NCBI GenBank assembly: GCA_013265495.1
Contig: MU058844.1
Location: 12,236,184-12,296,183 of the forward strand
DNA from: Vicugna vicugna
Lineage: Eukaryota
Reading direction: 5' to 3'
Length of the DNA stretch: 60,000 nucleotides
In this document: positions 1 to 11,943 of the stretch, one piece after another
Position numbering within the stretch: the first letter of the stretch is position 1
Layout: each line of letters starts with the position of its first letter
Translations under genes and position numbers: made by a program
The notes under the pieces: generated by a model
The model's input: only the letters and a program-made list of their open reading frames with translations
Database searches by the model: none
Told to the model about the DNA's origin: nothing

Positions 1-109
1 ACACTACCTACCCCTTACAGTGGTTGTGAAGACCCAACTTGAACACAGTAGGAACTTAACACATGTTGGCTCTTGCCATCATTCTGGCAGTGGGAGCTAT
101 GACCACCTT

Positions 110-612
110 TGGAGGCAGCACCATGATCCCCTACAGATGGCCACATCCTATTCCCTGGAACCTGTGGATATATTACCCTACATGTCAAAAGGGACTTTAT
201 AGATGTGATTATGCAAGGGATCTTGAGATGGGAAGATTATCAAGGCTCATCCAGGTGGATGTGACATAATCACAAGGGTCCTTATAAGGGAGGGGGAGAC
301 GGGAGAGCCACAGTAGGAGAAAGAGATGAGGATAGATGCAGAGGTCAGAGAGAGAGGTGGAGATGGCATGCTTGCTGCTGGCTTTGGAAATGGAGGAGGG
401 GGGCATAAGCCAAGGAATGTGGGCGGCCTTTTAGAAAAAGCAAGAGAATACATTCTCCTCTAGAATATCCAAAAGGAACCCAGCCCTACTGACACCTAGA
501 TTTTAGGATTTTTAAACTTTAAGAAGTATCTTTTCATTTATAACTGTAACAAATTGTTTTAAGCTACTACAGTGGTGTTAAGTTGTTAACAGCAGCAACA
601 GGATACTAACAC
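110..612 (+). mobile_element. ERVL-MaLR solo LTR, MLT1D-like
   Basis: Typical MLT1 text: 'gggactttatagatgtgatta...gatcttgagatgggaagattatcc', 'ataatcacaagggtccttataag', 'agccaaggaatgtgggcggcct', ending 'acagcagcaacaggatactaacaca'. Confidence 0.8.
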
Positions 613-2349
613 ACTACCTTCTTGACATATTAAATGGGGAAGTGTGTGCCAAATACATGGCACAATTGGCTCTGAATAAATGATGGCTGCTGAATTATGA
701 CAGATGCCAGTGACTAGGGGACTCCGTGCCTCTCAGAGCAACCACAGTCATCTAGTATTCCACTGCAGCTCGTGTCTGTTACCTGCAGCAACCTGCATGC
801 CTCCTACCCCGAGTCAAGCAGTTCTAGATACATGTCATCCCCTAACCATTCATTTATCTCAGATAACTGTACCTGAAATAGTCCACGTAACTCAATGAAC
901 TTGGAAGGGAGGGAACCATCAACCAAGAAGCAGCTGAATTTTGAAGATGAGCAAATCCAGACAGGACTATCATTAGCCCAAGGCAGTCTTGTAACTCAAA
1001 GCAGGAGGGGAAAAAAAAAACTCATAGTGCTTCAAAAAAAAAAAAAAAGAAGAAACAGCATGTCTATCTGCCTCGAGTCGGGTCTAAGAGCCTACAAACC
1101 TGACAGCCTCTCCGACGAGGACCCTCCAGATGATTACTGAGAAGGGCTGAGACACAAAAATTCAAGAGCCTGCCGCCCCGGTCAATAACAAGGGAAACGC
1201 CAAATCGGGAGGATCAATGGAAGATGGTGTCTCCTCTCTCCTGATCCAGTTAACGTCCAGAGTGGATGAAGTGTCACCATCACTCTTGGCAGCGTATCTG
1301 CCAGTACCTGGAGGGCTGTGTTGACTTCATTCTACCTTCCTTGCAAGGAGCTTGGCTTCCTGCTGCTGGGTGTTGCAGACCTACAGGAGAGGAGGCTTTG
1401 AGAGGACGACACAGACACAGTGATGAGGGCGATCTCGGGAACAACACCGCCAAATCACGTGCGGGAAGATGGATGGAGCATCTGCAGTGAAGAGACTGGA
1501 AACGGAAAAGAGTGCAGCAGAGAAACACAAGGACAGAGGACAAATGATAGAATTAACTGCTGATTCACGTTTGGGAAATTCATAAGCATATCAGGGCTGT
1601 TACTGTCTTACGTGCCTTCATACACCTCCCTGCAAACAGCCTTATCTTTCCCCCGTGAATGACAAGGGTCTCAGCACTGCGGTGTTCTTGATGATGGTGC
1701 AGGGTCAGGGGACAACAATGTCTGATTTCATATTTGTTTCTAAAGACTGCATTTCCACCTCTGTATTTATATTCTGCAGGTTCTGGTCTTCCCAACAAAA
1801 AACAGGAAAAAGGTTAGAAGAAATACAATTAACCCAAGCTCCTACTCCAGATGGAAAGACAAAATAGGAGTTAAAAAAAAAGGAGAGGCACAAACAAACA
1901 GATGAAGCCCCAAAGAATACCCTAGGTGAGATTATCTCCTGCTGCTGCTGCTGTGAGGATTTGCATTTGCCCTGATGCCTCCTGGACAAAGATGCGGCAT
2001 GAGATTCCAGCTGAGGGCAAATGATGGCTGCAGTACACTCACAGAATGTCAGTGTTTGCAAACTGTGCTCCAGGGATCACTGGGTGGGGTGAGCGTGTGT
2101 GCAAGGAGGGTGGGGAACTGGAATCCTGCCCCTGTCTGTGCCGCAAACTCAACTGCTGTTTTACACTTTGGGCATCTTGAAGAAAAAAGTGCTCAAAAAC
2201 ACTGAATCTAATCCAACCGTCTCATTTCCCCAGTAAACATGGAGAACTGAAGACAGGGTAGCAGTCAGCCCCAGACAGTCGGGTTTATGTCTGATGACCC
2301 ACTGTCATTTTGGATGGCACCTCCAGAAAGTGACAGCGAATTATACAGT

Positions 2350-2430
2350 CACTCAAGCCCAGAGAAGTTACAGATCTTCCCAAGGTCCCACAGTCCTATG
2401 TGGTTCAGCCGGTACCAGATCACATCTCGT
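2350..2430 (-). mobile_element. MIR SINE fragment
   Basis: 'gcccagagaagttacagatcttcccaaggtcccacag' matches the reverse MIR core. Confidence 0.5.
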
Positions 2431-5084
2431 AGCATTATTCTTACTACTCAGCACTGTCCTCTTATCAGGAAGAACACTTTTATTTATTTGCTTTTTGTTT
2501 GTGTTTCACTGAGAGGGGAAAAGAATCTCATTATAATCTAATAACATGTGTGGAAAAAATTTCAATAGTCACTGGATATTTTTCCTTACTTTGTTCCACA
2601 CACTCTGTCTTGGATATTAACTGAACACAACAGAACCTTTTTGTATGATCCTTTTGAAAAGTTATGTTAGACTGCTGGATTTTTTTTCAGTAGTTCTGAC
2701 CTAAATTGAGGTGGAAAATGGTCTGGAAATGACCCAGAGACGTGTACCAGAGGATACAAGAATTCCCAATATCAACAAGGCCCTTACTTCTAGATTTTCT
2801 CATTTTACTTCTTTTTAAGTCATGTAAGTAACACAAAGATTATGAAGTTGAATGCAAAATGTGCATTCATTTTTATAAGAACTGTGAGGTTTCAGAACAA
2901 TTTTCTACTTTTTTCAATAAGCCAGCCCCATGAACCTCAGGGCGTGGATTCACCATCCTCTCCCATCTGAGAGTTGATAAACATTACTGCAGGTGCTCCA
3001 TGACACCCCTTTAGAGCCGACACCCCTGACTCCCACGACAGCCACTGTCATTGCTTTTCAGAACATGACCTGTTAATAGTCTTATTTTTGTGCCTCCCTG
3101 AAAAAGGTGTTGCCTTTTTCCCAGTCCTGAGGACCCAGTCCCAATTGGACCCTTAACCTCCAACCAGGACTTTTCGCCAGCTAGGGCAAAGAGAGACTTC
3201 TGAAACTCACTCAAGACGAGATTCTGCATTGCCCTACAAATGCTGACCCAGCCACGTCACCTCAGCAGACCCATGCTGCCTCCACATCCAAAGATCTGCC
3301 TAGAAAATGCCAATTCGGGGAGAAAAAATACCAAAGACTATGACAAGCCCCTTATCAGTACACATGCTACCAATATTGTATGTTCCCAGGTTCCAAGCGT
3401 TATGCTAAGCTGTTTACAGGAGAAAAACCTTGTCAACCTCTACTCTTTTAACTAAGGCTCACAGAAAACCTTACTGGTGACAGAAGAAAAACTAAACACT
3501 AGAAGTAGGCAGCAAGCACTAGAGCAGCAAGGAGGAGAGCTACCACATAGCTCACAATAGTCCCAGGATCGGAACAATCTTATCCTCTCAATTCGTGCAG
3601 CCTTCAGAAATATTTATTGCATGTGCTCGGTGTACCAGGTACCTAACTGAGATATGCCTTCTCAGTGTAACCGAGGCTGCACTAAGTAGGAAGATGAATA
3701 GATGATTTCACCTTGGCAACTGCATTACTTTTGAATGTCCTAGTTTAAATGCAAAGATCTGGAAGGAAACAGACCTGCACTCCTGTCCCCACTGCAACAC
3801 TCACCTGCTTGTGCAAATCTCTAGCCTCACTGGGCCTCCATGAAGTGAATTTGCAGAATTGTGTAAGTTGAGGGCTTTCAGAAATATCTAGACGGATACA
3901 AGTCTACACATCCAAGCATAAGACTTTAAAGGACCGTAGGAAGGCAGCACACTCTTTTCTACAGACAAGGAAATTGTTCCGATGACAAACTGCGGTGTCA
4001 CCAAAAAAGGCAGGTTGTAGTCTTGGCCTTCGGAGCCTCAGGCCACCTACTAGACTGGGAAAGAAAAAAAAAAATTAATGCAGAAAGGGCAACACAGAGA
4101 TTAAGGAATTCAATGGCAGGGATGGAGGGGGAAGGAAATGCCAAATGAATTTTCTTTCCTAAACACAATCAAATGGCCCCAGATTCCTCCTAAAGTAATG
4201 AGCAACCGTTTTAAAATCTGAGGCCTACACAACTTTAACCTTGTCAACAGGGTTTCCTCAAAGGACTATTTTGTTGGGCAGCGAAAAATAAAAAAACCAT
4301 TCAGGGCTGTACACTTACAGAATCATTCCTCCCCAGTCATTTGTTTGGCAGGGAAACCTGATCTGCTTTATGTAATTACCTGATTAAAAGTGGTGTTTGA
4401 TTGAACCCTGGCTATACAAAGTGATCTTGAGCTGATTGAAGGACACATTCAAACTCTTCGATTGACAATTTGTATTGGGGATAATATATCTTCACTCAAG
4501 GAGGGGATAAACATTCCTATTTAAACAATTTCAACACCTATAGTAATGCATTTAAGTCACTCCAGAGGCAGGTTTTATTAGTCCCTTTCTAGCATGAAAA
4601 AGCATGATGATAATTTAAATGGGACGCTCCTGAGAAAAATGCGCAAATTATCCACAACGATCATTTACAGTGAGAGTGGAAACAAAAATTATCGTACTCG
4701 ATCCATTTATGATGTACAGAAGGAAGGGACTGCATTGTGTAACTGTAATTCACCATCATTACTGACTTTGCAGAAGCCTGCGTCGGAGGTGAGACATACT
4801 GACCCCCAACACAAGCAGAGAAGTGCTTTGTAGAAGAATTTGCTCGTTCCTTCTGTTCATGCCTCCCTAATAAACAGGCAGATCGTGTTTTTCCCCCTCC
4901 AACTGCCATTATTGATTTTAAAAAGTGGACGGCTTCCCTCAATGTTACAGAGGTATAATTAAAGTCCTATCATGGCTGAGACTGCCCGGTAAGTAATCAC
5001 TAATAGAATCCCTGTCCCACTGCCTTCGCAACCACATGCCTTTCTGAATCATAGATGTCAAACCAAAAGTCTAGACATTAGTGA

Positions 5085-5190
5085 AAACTGGGCTCTAATT
5101 CCACTCCACCCCTAATCATTGTCTTGAATTCAAAAAAGCTGCTTTACTCCAAGCCTCAGTTTAGTTACCTGTAAACTGGGGCAAATACAT
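5085..5190 (+). mobile_element. MIR SINE fragment
   Basis: 'ctgggctctaattccactcc...aagcctcagtttagttacctgtaaactgggg' matches the MIR core. Confidence 0.55.
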
Positions 5191-7864
5191 GTGCCTTCTC
5201 AACTTGAAACCATCCTATGCTATTTCAAAAAAAAAAAAGGAACTATGTAAATGAAACTGTAACAAACACCAAATAGGTATTTCCTATTAGCATTAGATTG
5301 CCAGAGGAACAGTAAAAATGTGTCTATAGTCTTCCTAGAGATGCTCTATAAACCTATTTGTAGAAAGAATATTGACTGATCATAGCTCATGTACTTTAAA
5401 TGCCACCGTTTTTAAACTTGTTTTTAACTAGAGGAGGAAATAGAATTTGAGCACTTTTTGTCCCAAGGCCTGAGGGACTGTTCTATTACCTCTCAGAGAT
5501 GGTCGGACTGTGGGGCCAGGGGCTATTTTAATCTACCCCCGCATTGTCATGGCTAGCTATCATAGAAACTCAGCCCTTGGTCAAATCAATCAGGCCCTCA
5601 TGCAGAACAAAATCACATTGAATAGCCAGCAAATGAATTTGGTTTAAAAGTCAAATAAATTTAACTCCTCCCCCCCCCAAAAAAAAGGCAGTTGGCTGGA
5701 ATAGCACAGAACTGCACCTCCTTATACATAAAGCCAACCAATTAGCAGTAAACTGTTAGAACTTTCCCATTTGGTTTCATCATTTTGCAGCTTCCAAAGC
5801 CTCCCCCTCAAGCATACAGCTGTAAACTGTGTTTCCACTAGGAACAGACCCTAGCAATTCAGTTCTTTCATCCCCCTCTATTTTATCCTCTCTCAGCCCT
5901 GCAAACCTTTAATACCTGTGTAAAAGCAGACTCCTCACTACTTGGCTACACACCCGAGAAATAAAAACCCGTCAAACTAGGATCCTCACCATAAAACCAT
6001 TCGGCCACACGGTACGCCCATCCTGCCCAAAGACATAAGCGTGTTTGGAGGCTGAAATGTAAACAGGATTATTTATTTGCTGAGCACGACAGGAGAAAAA
6101 TAAAATGCAGAGCTATGAGCCTCGTAATCAGAACTCAGTCAATTTATCGTCTACTGCCTGGTTGCTGAATTTCAATCTATTCTTTCAATGTAACACACAC
6201 ACACACAAGGCTGAACACGAAGTACACAGCACAAATTCTCTTACACTGAAAGCAGGGAAGACATACAATGAAATCTTTTTTCTGTCTAGAAGGTCGTCCT
6301 TCTGATTCATGGAATTCATTGAATCCTGAGGTCCAATTCAGTGTGTCCTCCTCTACAAATAAATCCATACAAGCTCCTAACAGCCCTAATAGGGGATTCA
6401 GAATGCAAATGAGGAAAAATCACCACAACATAGCCGCTGGTAAATTGCTTTCGGGGGGTAAGCACCACAAAAGAAGCATGTGGCTATTTTAACTGTCTTT
6501 TCAAGGGCAATAAATGGTTTCATCCAAAAAATTAAACTCTAAGCAAAAAAATGAAACAAGTAGCATGTGCTAGAGGTTAATTTTCAAGGGCTTGGATCTA
6601 TAATTTACCACCCACTTCTTTTTCATTAATGGCACCAACTCATCATTAAAAACTTCCCCAGACTGCCTTCCTTCAGGACTCATGATTCACATGACGGGGA
6701 AAGTAACAATTATTCAGCATTCAGTCTTCAATAACTGCTCAGCAAAAAAGGACCAAGGTCTGACTTCATCTTTGTATTACATTTGACAGATTTTATGAGA
6801 AGCTACAAACATTTAAAAGTCCTGATGTTTAGATTAATCTGATGAACTGAATGTCTCAATAATCATTGAAAAGTCAATGAAATAAAAAACACTCCTCCAT
6901 CAAAAAATTATCATAGTTATTACCTTAAAATGTTGCTACAGTAGTCGGGAGATAATTCAAAACACTCCTCAAAATAGCAAAGAAAAGATAATTATCAATT
7001 AATAAAACTGTAGATATGCTATGGCGTGTCAGTCTATCTTTCCATCTTATAAAAATGTTATTTGATTTTTTTACTAAAAGAAAGACCAATGATAAATGTA
7101 GTATGTCTTTGTATACAAAAGTCCTCATGTTGTTAAAATGCTTTTGTTTGTGAAATGCTCTGTACTCCCCTCACCAATACTGCATACATATTTACCAGTT
7201 GAAGCATTTATCCGTGTCTCATTTCTTTCTGAGAAAGATTTTATTACATTTAAGCAGTTACTGTCAGCTGAACAGTAATATCTAAGTGTGGTTTGTGAGG
7301 GATTTTCAAGTAAATATTTAAACACACGTTTTTGTGGTCATCCACATTTCACTGATAATTAGTTGGCCTTAAAAGGCCAGGAAAAGCCATGCCAAACCCT
7401 TACACCATTCTGGTACCCCAGCCTTCAGCAACATTGCTCTGGACCAACTGAGTCATAAAAGCTCCTTCAGTCTCACACCTCCCATTTTCTGTGATTGCTT
7501 CAAGTGATGACTCTACCTTTGCTGATAAAAGGACACAATCATGCTGATTGTGGCAAGGGACTTCAATAACCTCGGCCAGATGTGTACCCATCCCCATCAA
7601 AGCCCCATATACTGTTTGGCACACTACGATTCATTTTTTGTTTTCTACCACATCTCCTTTTCTAAGGATCCTTCCTCGGGCAGGTAAACCAAATAATCTC
7701 AGATTTCAAGACATATTTAAACTTCAGCATAGGCTTCTGGCCTTTATGATGAACTTATTAATACACATTGCAATTCACTGTTAAGGACCCTTGCAGTTGC
7801 CATGCTGCCAAGCTCTTGCTGGACGCCTCATCGCTGCTCTTTGTAAAAATCAAAATGCACAGCA

Positions 7865-8070
7865 AATATACACTTATTGTATGCTTGCTATAATGGTTCG
7901 GTTCTTTAGCAACAACAGCCCACCTAATTCTCACATCAGTTCTGCAACAGTTGCTATCATGATTCCCACTTTGTAGATGAAGAAACTGAGACGTGGAGGA
8001 GTCCCACCATGTGTCCCCTTTCACACAGGCTAGAAGGGTCAGCGTGTGGCGGAGACTCAGCTCTTAGCTG
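7865..8070 (-). mobile_element. MIR SINE
   Basis: 'taattctcacatcagttctgc...attcccactttgtagatgaagaaactgagac'. Confidence 0.65.
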
Positions 8071-8199
8071 ACACGTGGCACTGCTTCTGCATTGAACAAT
8101 TTTACACGGAGATGTTATAATCCTGCTATCTGCTTTCAAAGGGAATTATACATACGGCTTCCCTGCGTAACGTTCCTCGGTGATCACTGATACTTGCAG

Positions 8200-8672
8200 A
8201 CGTATCAGCACTAACTCCTTGATCTAGAATTTACACGCTCCCAGGGCCACCTACTCCTCCAGCTTCATCACGAGGTGCCTGTCCCTTACACACAGTTTTA
8301 CTCATGGGGACAGATCGTTCCCTAACTCTTCAAGTTCCCTGATGTCTTTGTATACTTGCAGAGTCACATCCTGGAACGTCCTCCTCAGTGTGTCCATCTG
8401 GCGGGTTCCCACTCATCTTTCGTGACTCACTTCCAGCCTCTCCTCTCTGGGCATTCTTCCCCGGGGCCCAGCCAGCAGGCAGAACGGTCACTCCCACTTC
8501 TGCTTTTCCCACGGCCCCCTCTTCATCCATCAAGGTCAGCTATGAAAGTGCCACGTTGACACTGCTTGTCAGTCTCTCACCAGCAGTGAGCTCCTTAAGG
8601 GCAACTCTTTTCCCTGTCATCCTTGTCCCTTCAGTACTACACATGCTTCAAAAATAAGCCAAGGAATGAATG
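8200..8672 (+). mobile_element. LINE-2 3' end fragment
   Basis: Pyrimidine-rich L2 text with 'gtgagctccttaagggca', ending in a 'gaatgaatg' tail. Confidence 0.65.
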
Positions 8673-8924
8673 TCTAAGTGGCATTACTGGAGCTGAACAA
8701 CAAACATCCCCTACATCCAAGTTCTGGAATTCTAGGACTCTGTGGCTGGCAAGACCGAACACCTATGAAGACACAATTTTCAGAGAGTAATTTCTGTATC
8801 TTAAGAGGGGTTTAAAAAAAAATGTTCAGCATGGAAATCTCACTGTACATAAACTATCTGTTAGCATCAGTCAAAAGTGGAAGGAGCATGACACCTGTAG
8901 GACCCGGACCTACAAAGAGCTCAA

Positions 8925-9310
8925 CATGGCTGGAATGTTAGGTAATGATGGCCAATTGCCAGAGGAGGCAGGGCCAAATCCTACAGGCCCATGTGCCATG
9001 GAGAAGATCGAATTTTGCTTGAATAGTCTACCACCCTTCATGGTTCAAACGCCACTTCCTACTCCAAGCACTCTGTCTTTTCTCCACTCAGATGAAGTGC
9101 TGCTCCTTCATCGGCTCCTCTCCATGGATACTCGTCCTTGTCTACAGCACTTGCCATCTTCCCTCTGCACAGGTCTTCCGCTACCTGCTGGACATCAGCT
9201 CATTAAGAGCCCGGTCTATATCCTCCCCACCCACCTACCCCAGAACATAGCCCAGAGCCCAGCACACTGTGGTGTGAGGAGTAAGGCACCTCGCAGGTTG
9301 TGAAATGATT
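8925..9310. mobile_element. Degenerate LINE-2 fragments
   Basis: 'ggcagggccaaatcctacaggccc' (reverse L2-like), followed by 'cagaacatagcccagagcccagcaca' (L2 3' end-like). Confidence 0.4.
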
Positions 9311-10494
9311 CTGAACATCTATTTCAACGAAAATTCAGTAGAGTCTGTGGGGATTAAAACCAATTCATGATTATGTATCATAGCAATTAAATGGGATCGC
9401 TTTCAACTGAGAAAATTGCTCTCCAGAATTCCCAAAATGCTAGATTTTCACTTGGCCACAAAACACTGCATAAATAGCCATCTCATTACTGATTACACAG
9501 ACATGAGGTCTCAAAACGGTCTCTCGTCCAGAGTAAGTTGTGGAGTTGGATTTGAATCACAAACACTTTTGTCAAAAGCTAAGAAAAGATTTCCGATGTA
9601 TGACACTGGAAACGTTGGTGAAGAGAAGTATTGTGTTAGGCGGAGGGGTGACGTGGTTGTAAGGGCCAAGAGGAGATACATGTCTCTAGCGAGAAAAAAA
9701 AAGTTCAGATTCACACATTCAGTCATAAACCACAGCTCAAAACCTACCAGTTTTCTGCAAAAAGAAGGCAAAACAATAATACAGCCCACACACACAGGTG
9801 CCAGGCAGAGTAAGACACGCTCTCCCAGCATGTGGGTATCAAAAGAATCAATAGGCAAACTGACGTTCCTGGAGATTCAGCTACAGATCAAGGACGGAGT
9901 AAAGTGCACGCTCATAGTTAGCATTTTAATTTGAATCAGAGTTAGTATCATCATTCTGAAACATTTTCACTGAAAGCATGACCCTCAAACCTGCATCGGA
10001 CAACTACAACCATTTCATAATAATGGAATCCACCGCCACGACACAGCATCACCACGAAAACAAAAATGGCCTTTTCTGTGTAAACTGCTGCCCCATATTC
10101 TAAAAGACACATTATACTTTGTGGGAACTTTCTGGGAAAACTTCCATACGTAGACTTTGTCTTGGACTCTGTCACAAGGAGGAGTAGAACGTGGATATTT
10201 CTTCCGCACTTAAAATTTTAACTTAATTAAATGGTTGGCAGTGAAGTACATGGATACGCGCGATGGCATCCAGCCTTCCTGTGGTGAGACATTCATTCCA
10301 GATGCCACCTCCCTTGGAGACACACACACTATAGAGACTTGGGATACAGGGGACGGGCTTCTGGCCATGAGAAGGAAGAGGCAGTCCCACTGCCATATTC
10401 ACAAAATCCTCCTGTGGTACCTCCTTCCCCCAACCCTGCTAGAAGGAAGGAGGGGCAGGAGGCAGCTGCTCGACAATGAAGATAATCAAGAAGG

Positions 10495-10853
10495 ACTTAA
10501 GTCAGACAGAGACAAACATCACAGGGTATCACTTACAGGAGGAATCTTAAAAAATGATGCAAATGAACTTATTTAGAAAAACAGACTCACAGACATAGAA
10601 AACAAATTTATGGTTACCAAAGGGGAAAGGTGGGAGGGATAAATTAGTTTGAGATTAGCAGATACACACTACTATATATAAGATAGATAAACCACAAAGA
10701 CCTACTGTACAACACAGGGAACAATATGATAATATCTTGTAAGTATCCATAATGAAAAAGAATATATACATATGTATAACTGAATCATTATGCTGTACAC
10801 CGAAACTAAGCCAACATTGTAAATCAAATAAACTTCAGTTAAAAAAAAAAAAA
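10495..10853 (+). mobile_element. LINE-1 3' UTR fragment with poly(A), cetartiodactyl-type
   Basis: 'aaatgaacttattta...cagactcacagacatagaaaacaaatttatggttaccaaagggg...gggataaattag...ctgaatcattatgctgtacacc' followed by an A-run. Confidence 0.9.
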
Positions 10854-11119
10854 CCAATGAACGTCTGCACAGTAGAATTTGAGTCATTCCTTAATCTGAC
10901 TCATCGTGAACCAAGGTCCATGGTCAGCCAAGTTGGCCAGAGCCATCAACAACCAGTCTAAGATCCATAAAGTCAACAGACATGAACACAAAGAAATCAG
11001 CAAAGTTGCAAGTATTGGGATGGTAACAATGAAAAGGCTTTCTTCTAAAGAACTCATCCTCCCATGATTGATTCAAACACCATGAGGTCATCCAGTTAAG
11101 GGATTCCCAATTCCTTGCA

Positions 11120-11943
11120 CAGGTCCACCACGATCCCCAAATACAATCTGTAATCCAAAAAGCTCTGAAAATCCAAACGCTTCTCACTCCTGGACCTGAA
11201 GTCAAATAAGGTTACAGTCTTCACCCCACTGCATTAGTTTTCTATCACTGCCATAGTTAATTACCACAAATGTAGTGGCTTAAGACACAAACTGATTGGG
11301 AGTTCAGAAGTCTGACAGGGGTCTCATGGAGCTAAAATCACAGAGCCGGCAGGGTGGCGTTCCTTTCTGGAGTCAGGCTCTAGGTGACTGTTTCCTGGCC
11401 TTTTCCAGCTCCTGAAGGCCACCTGCATTTCTCCAACCCTGGGCGTCTCTTCCTCCATTGACAAAGGCAGCCAGAAAGCACCTCTCTGACCCTGCTTCCA
11501 TCACCACAGCTCCTCCTCCTCCCACAGCTGGGGAAGGTTCTCTAATTTCAAGGACCCTTGTGATTACATTGGACCCAGCCAGACACTCCAGGATCAGATC
11601 CTCATCTCAAAGTCCTTAAAGTTTAGTCACAAAGGCAAAGCCCCTTTTTGCCATAAAAGGTGACATATTCACAGGGTCTAGGGATTAGAACATGGACCTT
11701 TTAGGAAGGGGGCATTATTCTGTTCACTACTCCCACTAATTCCAAATATTCATGGATTTTCTTATAGAAATAGTCATATGTTTGACCAAGAGAAGCTGCC
11801 CCAGGCCACAGTGGAATTGTTACATGACACCACACACACACACACACATATAGATACACTCTGGTGTCTTCCCAAACTATGAAAATGTCCAAATGCTGAA
11901 ATATATCTTATCCCAAGGGCTTCAGATAAGCGATCATGACCTG
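11120..11943 (-). mobile_element. TcMar-Tigger non-autonomous element, MER46C-like, split by an MLT1 LTR
   Basis: Termini 'caggtccac' (11120) and 'tgacctg|ta' (11943); internal 'tccaaaaagctctgaaaatcc' and 'cccaagggcttcagataagcgatc'. Confidence 0.75.
11230..11731 (-). mobile_element. ERVL-MaLR solo LTR (MLT1C/D-like) nested in MER46C
   Basis: 'tgcattagttttctat...attaccacaaatgtagtggctt...aaggtgacatattcacagggtctagggattagaacatggac'; 5-bp TSD CCCAC at 11225-11229 and 11732-11736. Confidence 0.85.

Noticed and set aside
895..1140. 81-aa ORF with Lys-rich, NLS-like stretches
   Set aside because: The basic runs are translated poly(A) tracts.
9416..9934. 172-aa plus-strand ORF and the overlapping 115-aa minus-strand ORF
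   Set aside because: Non-ATG starts, no recognisable family, and no convincing splice context.
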